A stretch of DNA of 64,000 nucleotides from Eledone cirrhosa (GCA_964016885.1 OZ024742.1:268212001-268276000); one strand, 5' to 3'; shown: positions 49,188-63,399, counted from the first letter of the stretch. Translations and numbers: made by a program. The notes: a model not told the origin generated them from the sequence alone.

Positions 49188-49240
<53 letters not shown>

Positions 49241-49247
<7 letters not shown>

Positions 49248-49660
49248 AAAATAACAGGAGTTTGGACTTGTGTAAATCCTTGAAAGGTTTATTATACTCT
49301 GATGATTTCAATAACCGGGTTCCGTATGAATCGGGTGATATCATGAGGTATTCGAAATATAACAAAAGACTAAAACAGATAAAATCCATGGGGCTGAAAA
49401 TCATAGACAAGAGGACGACCGACCATCTAGCATCTTCTACCTTTAGGGCGACCGACTAAAGGTAGAAGATGCTAGATGGTCGGTCGTCCTCTTGTCTATG
49501 ATTTTCAGTCCCGTGGATTTTATCTGTTTTATTCTTTTGTTATATTTCGAATACCTCATGATATCACCGGATTCATACGGAACCCGGTTATTGAAATCAT
49601 CAGAGTATAATAAAACTTTCAAGGATTTACACAAGTCCAGCCTCCTGTTATTTTATTATC
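49241..49660. repeat. Fold-back element, arms about 205 bp, 9-nt loop
   Basis: CTTTAG-GGCGACCGA-CTAAAG centre (49447-49455); (TA)n at left and at about 49808. Confidence 0.92.
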
Positions 49661-49874
49661 ATAATTAACTCCGTACTCGCACCACCAACTACACAAACGA
49701 AGACGGGTGAGCTGCATTACGTTGAGTACTCTGGATAATATTACATCGAGATTGACCATACGGAATGACCAATTCTATCCAGAGGTGAACCAAAAAACCT
49801 AAATAAATATATATATATATATATAACCCATTACAATAAATGGGGGTGAAGAGACAAGCACGTGAATAAAATTA

Positions 49875-50062
49875 ATTGTTTCTACTTTAGGCGCAAGGCC
49901 AGCAATTACCCAGTGCATTCCTGGTACTTTATTTTATCGACCCCGTAAGGATGAAAGGCAAAGTCGACCTCGGCGGGATTTGAACTCAGATCGTAAAGGG
50001 ACGTAACTATGCTAGAAAGCATGGCGTCCGAACCTCTACCGATACTGCCAATCCACCGCACC
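49875..50062 (-). mobile_element. Full-length SINE with 14-bp TSD
   Basis: TGAATAAAATTAAT at 49863-49876 and 50063-50076. Confidence 0.92.
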
Positions 50063-50211
50063 TGAATAAAATTAATGGAGGCTATGTATATTTACAAATG
50101 ATTACATATACATATATGTGTGCTTACACATCTGCAAGCGTACGCATCACCTACTCTCTAACCACCACGTGTGCGTGCAGTTGTGCCCAGCTAATATTAT
50201 TATCGTACTCC

Positions 50212-50572
50212 GGTGGATTGGCAGTATCGGTAGAGGGTCGGACGCCATGCTTTCCAGCATAGTTACGTCCCTTTACCATCTGAGTTCAAATCCCGCCGAG
50301 GTTGACTTTGCCTTTCATCCTTACGGGGTCGATAAAATAAAGTACCAGTAATGCACTGGGTAATTGCTGGCCTTGTGCCTAAAGTAGAAACAATTATTAT
50401 CGTACTCCAGCTGTGAATTATATTATATTATATAGTTACGTCCCTTTACGATCTGAGTTCAAATCCCGCCAAGGTTGACTTTGCCTTTCATCCTTACGGG
50501 GTCGATAAAATAAAGTACCAGTAATGCACTGGGTAATTGCTGGCCTTGTGCCTAAAGTGGAAACAATTATTA
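50212..50572 (+). mobile_element. SINE (50212-50398) plus 5'-truncated tandem copy (50432-50572)
   Basis: ATTATTATCGTACT(CC) at 50196, 50393 and 50566. Confidence 0.92.
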
Positions 50573-51540
50573 TCGTACTGCAAACTGTCACACAAGCTTA
50601 CGCGTACCAATGTGTGTACTTGTACGTGAACTCGCGCACGCATACACACCACTATCACCACCACCACAGAATATATAAACGCACCACCGACGCCATGACC
50701 ACCATCGCCACGTATGCTACAACTACCACACCCTTCGTACTCCCCCATCTATGTCACACCGACTCTGTCCCTCTTCCACCACAAACTGCTTCAATCACCG
50801 TCAATTACACTCTATCCACTCGCTGATTATAATACCCCTACCCCCTATTTCCTCCTTAGAACTCTGACAAGGCGATATTCCACATTCGCACATGCACACG
50901 CGCACACGCCACCACACTCGCACCCGCCACCACACTCGCACCCGCAAACTCCCTGACACTACCCACCATTAATTTCTTTCCCATTTCTTAACTTTTCCAT
51001 CTTACTACGGTCATTCCGGACATTGGACTTACCAAACTGGAATCTAAAGAACCTGGAATCAAAGCCACATCGGTTCCGAAAACACACACGCACGTGCGCA
51101 TATGCACACATACACACACGCATAAACCTATGCATGCGACCACACAATAACTGCAAACACACACGCATCACTGCTAATAACATATACTAGCAAACTAGCA
51201 CAAACATGCAGGAGTGCTCAAATGCAGACACGGTTGTACACATATATGCGTGTGCCTGCATCTGTCTGTGTGACTGTTCATGCGTTCGCACGCACGGACT
51301 CGTGTGTACACACATTCACATACAGACCTCCACCCCGACAAACTTGGGTGCCTACTTGAGTGTGAATGTGGACCTTCTCGTGTATCTCTGGCATTGTATT
51401 ATTGTATATATTACTAAGAATATTTTTTTCAAAGAATCCCTTTTTTCTAAAATCCCTTGGCCAATGACCTCTGCCCATCCCCCAAAATCTTAACCTCCCC
51501 ACCACCTTTAGAAAACAGAACTATTTTACACGGATCGCTT

Positions 51541-51592
51541 GCTTTTCTGATGAATTATTTTGAATAAAACAGATCTAGAGCTGTAGAAGGCA
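51541..51592 (+). ncRNA. Degenerate hammerhead motif (GAAA replaced by AAAA)
   Basis: CUGAUGA-auuauuuugaau-AAAA-CAG-aucuagag-CUG-UA-GAAGGC; homologous to 62566-62616. Confidence 0.5.
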
Positions 51593-51689
51593 TTTTTATA
51601 TTAAACATGATGTTTACACATTACAAGTGTATTGAATACCTTTGTAATTGTGATTAACCCCTATTGAATATACATATCAGATATACATA

Positions 51690-51783
<94 letters not shown>

Positions 51784-51789
51784 GAGGTT

Positions 51790-52200
51790 GGAAATAGCAC
51801 GGTAAATATCTCACTGGAACAAACATATCGCCAACCTTATGATAACAAAATGCGGAAGAACAAACTGTAGAACATGCCTATACATAAAACTGAAGGACAT
51901 AAATTCACGTTTAAAGATGGGCAAACTTTTGCAGTGAAAAACAACGTCACTTGCAACTCGGAGAACCTGATCTATTTAATCACATGCGGTGGCTGTCGAC
52001 ATAACTATATAGGAGAGACGGGGGTGTCAAACGCAAAAGAAAGACCACCCATCGCCAACAAATCTGAGACGTAAACACAAGGAAAATCCCCTTAAGGAGC
52101 CACATTGCAGATTGTGCAGGAATGACTCTACCCAACTTTAAAATGTTCCCCCTTTATAAATGCTCCGATTCTTTCACTCAACAAAAAAGAATAAATATTC
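51790..52200 (+). mobile_element. Penelope-like element GIY-YIG endonuclease remnant
   Basis: KCGRTNCRTC upstream and TFAVKNNVTCNSENLIYLITCGGCRHNYIGETG (IY..C..C..YIGET) as in Penelope-like endonucleases. Confidence 0.82.
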
Positions 52201-52469
52201 GATTCGTTTGCAATCATGCAAACAGCCCCTTTAAAGCCACGTCAGTAGAATGACCCCCGTAATTTTTGCTGTTGTGTTGGCATGTACATAGAACTACAGA
52301 CACTCATTTTTCTGGGCCATTACCCTTCATCAATGCATTAAAATATACAATGACTGATAGACCTGATTTGCATATTTGCAGACTGCGTGCTCAGTCTGAT
52401 CTGCATATTAGCAGACTCACTGATCAGCCAGATTTGGATATCAGCAGATAGGCCAGTCAATCTCATGTA

Positions 52470-52950
52470 TGCGAGGTAAACAGTATTTACCTACCTAGAG
52501 CTGAAGGAGGCCGTGGCCTGATCCAATTTGAACTTACCAACAAGACTACTACTATTGGATTGGCCAAAAACGTTGAAGAAACAAACGACTTTATGTTGAA
52601 TCTTGTTGGAAAACATCAGAGAAGTAAGAAGCTTCATTTTATCTTGAAATAGAACAAAAAATATGCTACTGACCTCATGCTTGATCCCCAGTTTGGACAG
52701 ACTAAGGAAACTACTGTTTCTGGATGTAATGTTTTAGCGCCAGTACAGTACAAATATAGACATGACAGACGTGCCCAATATGGGACTTCAAGTCCGTTAC
52801 CAAACCAGTGATGTGGTATCACTGAGAATGATCAAATATAGAACAGAACAGTATTTGAATATGATCCCTGGTTTACCCTTTCTGAAAGAGGCGCAACAAA
52901 TTGTTTTAACTGGTACTGCACACATATGAAGAGCACTATCTCTGAAATAG
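52470..52950 (+). mobile_element. Deleted R4/Dong fragment
   Basis: IYLPRAEGGRGLIQFEL..KTTTIGL and [12 protein letters not shown]. Confidence 0.68.
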
Positions 52951-52970
52951 TGATATCCCTGCTTGTATGT

Positions 52971-53021
<51 letters not shown>

Positions 53022-53140
53022 TGTGTGTGCGTGTGCGCATACGTGCATGGATATCATTTATTTATATATATGTATGTGTATGTATGTGTATGGGTATATG
53101 TATGTATATTTGTATATATATGTATATATATATATATAAA

Positions 53141-53370
<230 letters not shown>

Positions 53371-53809
53371 AAAGTGAGGTTTATTTTTACAAAATGAAAA
53401 ATAACCGATGTGTCATACACGAGTGAAAGTATAAAGAAAAAAAGGTGAAATCGAAAATGCAACTGGAGTCTTATTTTAAAAATATATATATATTTATGTG
53501 GTTCCTTTACCGGTTTCCCAGTTCTTCTGCTTTTCAAAAGTAGAGTTGAGATGGAGGGTCTGTGGTTTTTCACACATCTGGTTGGTCTTTGAATGTTACT
53601 TGTTTTAGATGGAAAAAAGTGGCTCGAAACGCCAGGTTTTTAGAGAAGTAATTTGATTGGTTGGTCAATAGTTATAATAAATTTCGCACCAGATCGCGTT
53701 ACAAAGTTCTTCAAACATGGTGTGGGGGAGGGGATCAGGTTGGTTTTTCACATATGAGTGTTTGAATTTCTTTTTACTTAAAAAAAAAAAATATATATAT
53801 ATATATATA

Positions 53810-54462
53810 CATGTGTGTGTGTTTGAATATATGTATAGTATATTTGGCAATATACCGCATGTTTAATTACAAACATTTAGAAGACCATATGCCATCAGTT
53901 CTAAAGTATTAATAGTAACTATTTCACTTACCTCTTTTCGGCGAAAGAAGGGAGAGAAACTTAGAGGCTGATTGGCGTTCAACAGAGCCATGTACTCCCC
54001 TGCTTTCGCCGAAAATTATAGAAGCTGGATTATTATAGAATTCCAGTAATAATCAGGAGCTGATTATACAGATCGATTGCCAGTGCAGCAAAAATTAGGT
54101 ATTAGGATTGATGCTCTGAAATAGTGATGTATGCATGAATGTATGTATAGTATATTTGGCAATAGACCGTATGTTTAATTAAAACATTTAATTCAAAACA
54201 AACAGCTCCTGATTGTTACTGGAATTCTATAAGAATCCAGTTTCTATAATTTCCAGCGAAAGCAGGGGAGTACGTAGCTCTAATGAACGCCAACCAGCGT
54301 TAAACAGACTGTCAGCTTCTCCCCCTTCTTTCGCCGAAAAGAAGTAAGTGACATAGCCACAACTTTAAAACTGATAGCGTATGGTCTTCTAAATGATTTT
54401 AAATTAAACATACGGTATATTGCCAAATATACTATACATATATTCAAACACACACATGTATG

Positions 54463-54470
<8 letters not shown>
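53810..54470. repeat. Diverged composite fold-back, same family as 31885-32188
   Basis: About 53810-54065 inverted at about 54200-54470 with an internal partial direct copy at 54110-54190; TA-flanked. Confidence 0.75.
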
Positions 54471-54524
<54 letters not shown>

Positions 54525-54525
<1 letters not shown>

Positions 54526-55204
54526 AAGGCGGGTTAAATTCCCGAGATTCACGGACGAGTTCTCTCCAACGGTCTCTGTCCCTCATTATCGCTGCCATGT
54601 CCTGCGTTTCCAACAGAACAGTGTCTGTCCTTAGGGCATCAACATACGTTAACCTTGGTCTTTCTCTTCTAGTGTGTCCATGTAGGGGCTCCCAAAGGGG
54701 CACTGAGTGCAATGTCAACTCTGGATGTCGGTGAGCATGTCCAGCTAAGCTCAGTCTCCTCTGTGTCACTTTTGAGCTGACTTTTGGGATGCTCCCTTAC
54801 AGCTCTGAGTTTTTCATCCTCAGTGTATACTGATTAATGTTCAGAGCCATCCTCAGCATTCTCGTGTAGCACCCATCCACCATCTGAGTGAGTTTCTTGG
54901 TCAGTGTCCAAGTCTCAGACCCATACAGCAGCACAGACTCCACTACAGCAATGAAGAGGCGGATCAGAGCAGGAGAGTTAGGGCGAAAAAGGTATCGGAT
55001 GCTGAATTTGCCGACGACATAGTTTTGGTGACAAATACAGTGAAGGAGGCAGAGGATTTGATGCGGGAGGTTGAGACTGTGTCAATGAGTGTGGGGCTGA
55101 GAATGAATGAGACTAAAACAAAATATCTGCTAGAGAATGTTGAGAAGCCAGAGGGGATCACTAATGTAGACGGGAAGCCGCTAGAATTGGTTGAGGGCTT
55201 CCTG
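54525..55204. mobile_element. RTE-group LINE with internal inversion, inside (TA)n
   Basis: 3' end on minus (54525-54962: [35 protein letters not shown]); upstream RT part on plus (54965-55204: [19 protein letters not shown]). Confidence 0.8.
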
Positions 55205-55208
55205 TATA

Positions 55209-55342
<134 letters not shown>

Positions 55343-55648
55343 CATATATACATATATATATATATATACTTATATACATATATATATATGCATATATACA
55401 TATATACATATATACATATACATACATATATATATATATACATATATACATACACATGTATACACATACATACACATACACATACATACACATAAATACA
55501 CATACATATACATATATATAAATAAATGGTATCCATCCACGCACGCGCACATGCACACACACACACACTCACACACATACATTTATGTATACATCGCTAT
55601 TTCATAGCACCAATCCTAATATATATATATATATATATGTGTGTGTGT

Positions 55649-55737
<89 letters not shown>

Positions 55738-55834
55738 CAGACGTGTGTGTGGATGTGGATGTGTGTATGTATGCGTATGTTTGTGTAAGTATATATGTAC
55801 GTGTACATGTGTATATATATATATACATATATTA

Positions 55835-56236
55835 GTTTAGCGAGGTTTTTTATATGAAATCGTGTGTCGAAACAGATATTGTTATACTTGGGGAGGGTCA
55901 TATTTGCGTAATATTGTCAGAATTAATAACAGAACACACTCACTGTTTGGTTGGTTTTCGCTTCTCGCTGTCTTTTATATCTGCTATCTAACTTACTCGG
56001 TCCTCAATGTTGCCATTGACTTACCGACGGTCAAAAATAATACAGATACAATATAGACAATATATTGTATCTGTATTATTTTTGACCGTCGGTCAGTCAA
56101 TGGCAACATTGAGGACCGAGTAAGTTAGATCGCAGATACAAAAGACAGCGAGAAGCGAAAACCAACCAAACAGTGAGTGTGTTCTGTTATTAATTCTGGC
56201 AATATTACGCAAATATGACCCTCCCCAAGTATAACT
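55835..56236. mobile_element. Fold-back element related to the GTTATACTT-GGGAGGGTC family, arms about 175 bp, tail at left
   Basis: 55881-56055 / 56061-56235, loop GACAA; tail 55835-55880 related to the reverse complement of 60620-60657. Confidence 0.88.
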
Positions 56237-56408
56237 ATATACATATATATTTATATATATATATATATATATTTAAAGCTGTAACCTATAATTAGAGTCG
56301 TGTGTTAACTGTTTTACCAATGTAAAACGAGAGTTTCTTTGTCCTGGCTATTAGGAAGACACTCGGCATATATCAGAAACAATACTGAAAAAAAGTAAAA
56401 ACAAAGAC

Positions 56409-56503
56409 AATAATTGTTTCTACTTTTTGGCACAAGGCCGGCAATTATCCCAGTGTATTACCGGTACTTTATTTAATCGACCTTGTAAGGATGAAAGGCA
56501 AAT
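56409..56503 (-). mobile_element. SINE 3' fragment
   Basis: Tail and central domain only. Confidence 0.8.
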
Positions 56504-56519
56504 TTAATGACAATAATGA

Positions 56520-58178
<1,659 letters not shown>

Positions 58179-59470
58179 ATGAACGAGGTGTCAAATTTGC
58201 ATTCAGTTTATTCAGGGGTGACGCGCGTTTTGCGACTGATCAGCTCAAATTCCGTTATCAATTGATGAGGCCTGACTCTGGAAACAAAAGCTCATCAGAC
58301 TTCTGAGCCAGATGAACTGAAGCAATCTGTATTTTAATTTTCTCTCCTCTTCCGAATATTCTGTAGAAATATGAGTATATGTGTATGTACATGTATAAAT
58401 GCCTCTCTGTCTCTCTCACAATCTCCCTCCCCCCCCATCTTTCTCTCTCTCTCTATCTATATATATATGTGTGTGTGTGGGGGGGGGGGGGGTGAGAGAC
58501 ATTTCGGTGACGTATGACTCGGTATGAGTACTGCCGTCGCCCGTCATTTTCGTTCCCAAGGTCACATTACCTTACACGTCTCAGTCCTCGGTGTCATTTT
58601 ACATTACGGATCATAGGCTTCGCGGGCCAGGACAGAACATAGTCTAATATTCCTCCTTCGGTTCAGTGTTCCCAATGGACTCAACTCCTCTCCACCATTT
58701 CTTTAATATTACACATATATGTTTGTGCTTACTTCTCTACCCCTTGCCATCATCACGTTTATCCTGTCCGTTATCACATACGTGCTCATACATTCACACC
58801 TAGTTTCTTATAGGCTCTGATATTGTCAGAAATGTACACGTACAGCTGATACAGACCAACACAATACACACACACACACCTCTATTTTACCTTCACAGCT
58901 CTGTACACAGACATTTCTTATATTAACATACTTTTGCTCATAGCTTCTTACAGGCTTCACAAACATACTCTTTTACCCACATTTACACAAACATATCGTC
59001 TTACCTTCTTACGGACGTATAATCACACACACAAGTATACGCACGCGCACACGTATAGCTATATATAGAATACGTTTTTTTTTTCCTTTCCATATAGACG
59101 CACTCCTTTATCCACTTTTCTAAAAACGTATATCATATACTAAACGCCAGCACCACAGTTTTCCTGTTTTCCAAACGATGGCAATATGAATGGAGCTGTT
59201 ATTTTTCTCAAAAGTTTTTTGTTTCGATTTCCACTGCCCCTCTCCACATTCTGGTGAAGGACTAGCGTTCGAACTGATAAAACCCTTTTCCTGCTAATTC
59301 AATTGGAAAACTAATATATGTCTTCTATATAATGTACCATTTGTTTTGTTATTTCTGTTTATCTTTTACAGACACACACACACATATATATATAAATATA
59401 TATATAATAATATAATACCAGGACGATTTATTAAGCCTTCATTGCGTTTATTGATTGATAACACGCGCGC

Positions 59471-59546
<76 letters not shown>

Positions 59547-59749
59547 GTGATTCAGTGAATTATTGGTGTTGGTACCAAAGCAAGAACTCTATGCTTAGAG
59601 AGATTTTATATATAAAAAAACGAGGTATTTTCGTTTACATGTATATAATATTTAATGTATATCGACCTCTTACGCGCGTAACAGTTTGGTTAACAATATA
59701 CATGTAAATGAAAGTTTTTTCTTTAAAAACTCTGATATAAATATATATA

Positions 59750-60656
59750 TATAATCTATCAAAGTTCTTTCGTCACACATCTGTGACATCATCAGTGGTA
59801 CTATTATAATTCCTACCGTTGAATTGTAATGCCTATTATTAATTAATTTATTTATTATCTCTGTCTCTGTTAGCGCATACGTTTGCGTGTGTGTTTCCCG
59901 TTTGGTGTGTATGCTCGTGTTTGAGTGCATGTGTTTTTGCATTCTATCTTTACTCACTAGTATGTGTTTATATGTGTTTATTGTTGTACTTGTGCATTTA
60001 TTTATTTATATTTCCCTTAGGTCTGTATTGTTTGTTGTTGTACTTATGTATGTGTCTGTTGTTGTACTTGTTATATATATATATTTATTTATTTATTTTA
60101 TTTCCCTTCGGCCAGTAGTGTGTGTATGGGTATAGCAAAACAAACAGTACTGACCTAAGGTAAATATAAATAAATAAATAAATATATACACAAATACAAC
60201 AACATACACATATAACCACACACTAGTGCACAAAGATAGAATACAAAAACACATTCACTCAAACAAGAACACATACACTAAATAGGAAATACACACGCAA
60301 AGGCATGCGCAAACAGAGATAGACAAGAATAAATAAATGGATAAAAATGGAGTAGGCATTACAATACAACGGGAGGAAACACAATAGTACCTCTGATGAT
60401 GTGTGACGAAAGAACTTTGATAGACTATATATATATATATATTTATATCTGTATTTTTAACCGTTGGTCAATCAATGATGAACATTGATTGCCAGATAAA
60501 TTAACTGTGGAGATATAAAAGATGCAGAAGCGAAAACCAACCCAAACCAAACAGTGCGTGTGTTCTGCTATTATTTCTAGCAATATTATAACAATTTGAC
60601 TCTCCCCAAATATAACAATATTTGTTTCAACACACGATTTCATATAGAAAAACCTT

Positions 60657-60657
<1 letters not shown>
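59750..60657. mobile_element. Older fold-back element with a hammerhead motif in each arm and family-type 3' end
   Basis: About 59750-60030 inverted at about 60140-60430; motifs at 59757-59800 (-) and 60388-60422 (+); 60440-60657 homologous to the ends of the 55835-56236 and 47914-49190 elements. Confidence 0.78.
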
Positions 60658-60691
<34 letters not shown>

Positions 60692-60696
<5 letters not shown>

Positions 60697-60907
60697 GTGG
60701 TTACACATCAGTTAGCTCACCATATAGAGAACAATTGTTTCACCTTAGCGGATCCTCAGCTCGTAATCAGATTATGAGCTGAGTATCCGCTAAGGTGAAA
60801 CAATTGTTCTCAGTATGGTGAACTAACTGTTGAGTAACCACTTCTACCTAACTCGTCCCGTGGACAGAGTTCTCTAATGCCAGGAATATTACCTTCCAGT
60901 GTACTAA

Positions 60908-60911
<4 letters not shown>
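60692..60911. mobile_element. Small fold-back element (arms about 76 bp + tail) in (TA)n with paired hammerhead motifs
   Basis: Arms 60692-60767 / 60771-60846; tail to 60911. Confidence 0.85.
60727..60762 (-). ncRNA. Minimal hammerhead motif with palindromic stem III
   Basis: GAG-CUGAGGA-uCCgcuaaGGu-GAAA-CAAUUG-UU-CUC; plus-strand twin 60776-60811 has CUGAGUA. Confidence 0.68.
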
Positions 60912-60987
<76 letters not shown>

Positions 60988-60989
60988 AT

Positions 60990-61196
60990 ATATCAACTAG
61001 AAATTGATTGACATATATATACATTTAAAATAAACACATGAAACAATCACACGGACAATTTGTAAAGTGTGTAATCACACATAGCTAGGTAGGTAGCTAA
61101 TTAAAGTTTAACTAGAGCTTCAAATATTATTCCCTATGATTGTTTCATGTGTTTATTTTAAATATATATATATGTCAATCAATTTCTAGTTGATAT
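60990..61196. repeat. Inverted repeat, arms about 60 bp
   Basis: ATATCAACTAGAAATTGATTGACAT..CATGAAACAATCA and its reverse complement at 61137-61196. Confidence 0.85.
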
Positions 61197-61529
61197 AAAA
61201 TGCTCGGATCTATTCATTGGAATCTTTGAGCTTATTCTACAGTGGTTATGGCGGATGTCTCGGACATGACTCCCTTAATTTAATTTAATTTAATTAATTT
61301 TGGATATATACACGGCTCCTTAATTGTAGAGCTAACTCAGTTGAAAGGACTCGGCTGCTATTTATAGCTGTCGATCACCTTATTCACGCCACTGAGATGA
61401 CGCTAGCATGTTTTTAGTAGTTTTAGAATTGCAACATGCGCGATGGGGCACTCGCATGTTTGCATTTGATGTATAAACACATTTGATGCATAAACACATT
61501 CTTTTCTAAGACATTCTAAGCACTTGCCC

Positions 61530-61950
61530 ACAGTATCGGAGCTGTGAACTCTTAATTCTGAGAAGTAGCGTCTCTTATCTCCGAGCTACGTACACTATCA
61601 AGTAATGTTACTCCAAACACTCTTCCGGGGAAACACACTTCCACCTCCTGTGTTTGCGATCGTATTCTTTCTCTCATTACCCAAGATACATGCCTAAAAG
61701 TAAGGGTTGGCATGGATACCGAATTAAAATATAGCAAGTTTGGCTTTTATACCTACCTACCTTCTGTTTACTAAATGTAAATGCTGGTGCATTACTTCAC
61801 CAGCTTCTGCAATTATTGCCCTTAATTTAGCCTTCGACCTTCCATCACTCGCGAACACGTCACTGAGATACTTGAACCACTTAAGCTACTCCAGTGGAAC
61901 TCCATTCAGATGCAGAGTGTACTGCACAGGCAGGCTTCCTTTAGTGAACT
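61530..61950 (-). mobile_element. RTE-group LINE remnant
   Basis: VPLE.LKWFKYLSDVFASDGR and WVMRERIRSQTQEVEVCF..RVFGVTLLDSVRSSEIR. Confidence 0.7.
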
Positions 61951-61997
61951 AAATGTTTCATTCATAATTCATTTTTAGTGTAAATGTTTCTCACCAG

Positions 61998-62330
61998 TGA
62001 ATATGAGATCGGTTTTGTTTTATCGGTCGAAGTTTTAAAAAGCTTAAGATTTAGTTGTAGGCATTCTTAAAACTGTTAGAAGCTGAAGGAAAAGTTTATG
62101 GATATTAAGGTATATATTAACTTTCTCGTATCGTAAGTGTGGATATAAAATCTGTTTACTTTTTTTACGCCAGTAACTTTTCCGTGTTGATTAACTGCCG
62201 AATTTTGAAAAAGTAAAAGATTTCGTGAAAGTCATTTTCTCATCTAATTGTGAGACTTAGAATTTGAAAGGTAAGCTCATATATATTTCAAACTTCGACC
62301 GATAAAACAAAACGCATTTTATATTCATTG
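61998..62330. repeat. Imperfect terminal inverted repeat (about 45 bp)
   Basis: GTTTTGTTTTATCGGTCGAAGTTT at about 62012-62035 vs AAACTTCGACCGATAAAACAAAAC at about 62290-62313. Confidence 0.7.
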
Positions 62331-62456
62331 ATGAATCATTGTAGATAGAACTGTCATGAAGAAAACATTATGTTTAAACGTTTTTTATGCAATGTTTTGT
62401 CTTCTAATTATTTCAAATTAATATTGAAATATCTCAATGCTTTCACACGCACACGT

Positions 62457-62550
<94 letters not shown>

Positions 62551-62565
62551 GTTTTAATATAGATG

Positions 62566-62616
62566 AGATTCTACAGGACTAGAACTGTTTCATTCATTAG
62601 AAATCATCAGGAATCT
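62566..62616 (-). ncRNA. Complete type I hammerhead ribozyme motif
   Basis: AGAUUC-CUGAUGA-uUUCuaauGAAu-GAAA-CAG-uucuaguc-CUG-UA-GAAUCU: 6-bp stem I, 3-bp stem II closed by U.U, 4-bp stem III, GUA cleavage triplet. Confidence 0.8.
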
Positions 62617-62899
62617 GGGTATCAAAAAATAAACAAACTCTCTGAACACTGCCCGAACTGCATGCACAAGAACTTTGCAACATTCAAACACTTTAAGCCA
62701 GTGTTAAAGCCCGATGGCTAAAAACGACCTCCCCCTACTGGCCCCTATACCTCCTCCCCACCCTACCCCCACCCCTCCTCAACCTGAAATACGGCCACTA
62801 TGGTCATGTGAGTACCTCTTTCGTATCTACATTTTCTGCCTGTAGAGGTGTCTTTATGTGCCTGCGTATATGCGTATATTTATTGAGTACCTATTTACT

Positions 62900-62953
62900 T
62901 GTATGTGTATATATTTGTTTGTATGTGTGTATATGTGTATGTGTGTGTGTGTG

Positions 62954-63035
<82 letters not shown>

Positions 63036-63075
63036 TATATATATATATATATATATTTGTATATATGTGTGCAGA

Positions 63076-63116
<41 letters not shown>

Positions 63117-63249
63117 ATGTGTGTATGTATGTGTATGTATGTATGTATGTATGTATACGTGTGTATGTGTGTGTGTATGTTTATGTATATGTCTGTGTAT
63201 GTGTGTATGTATGTATGTGTGTGTATATGTGTGTATATATATGTGTGTA

Positions 63250-63306
<57 letters not shown>

Positions 63307-63399
63307 ATATATATGTGTGTGTATGTGTATATATGTATATATATGTGTATATATATGTATGCATGTATATGTATGTATGTGTGTATGTATGTATGTGTG

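Larger units (their letters stand above)
47914..49190. mobile_element. Large fold-back element: arms of about 600 bp, 13-nt loop, single-copy tail, in (TA)n
   Basis: 47914-48516 is the reverse complement of 48530-49132 with few mismatches; loop CACTGGCGAGACC; tail 49133-49190. Confidence 0.93.

Noticed and set aside
50212-50300. tRNA gene
   Set aside because: A and B boxes are present but over-spaced, with no cloverleaf; this is the SINE head.
58210-58300. Possible hammerhead on the minus strand (CUGAUGA..AAAACGCGCGUC)
   Set aside because: GAAA is mutated and stem I has only about 2 bp; too degenerate to call.
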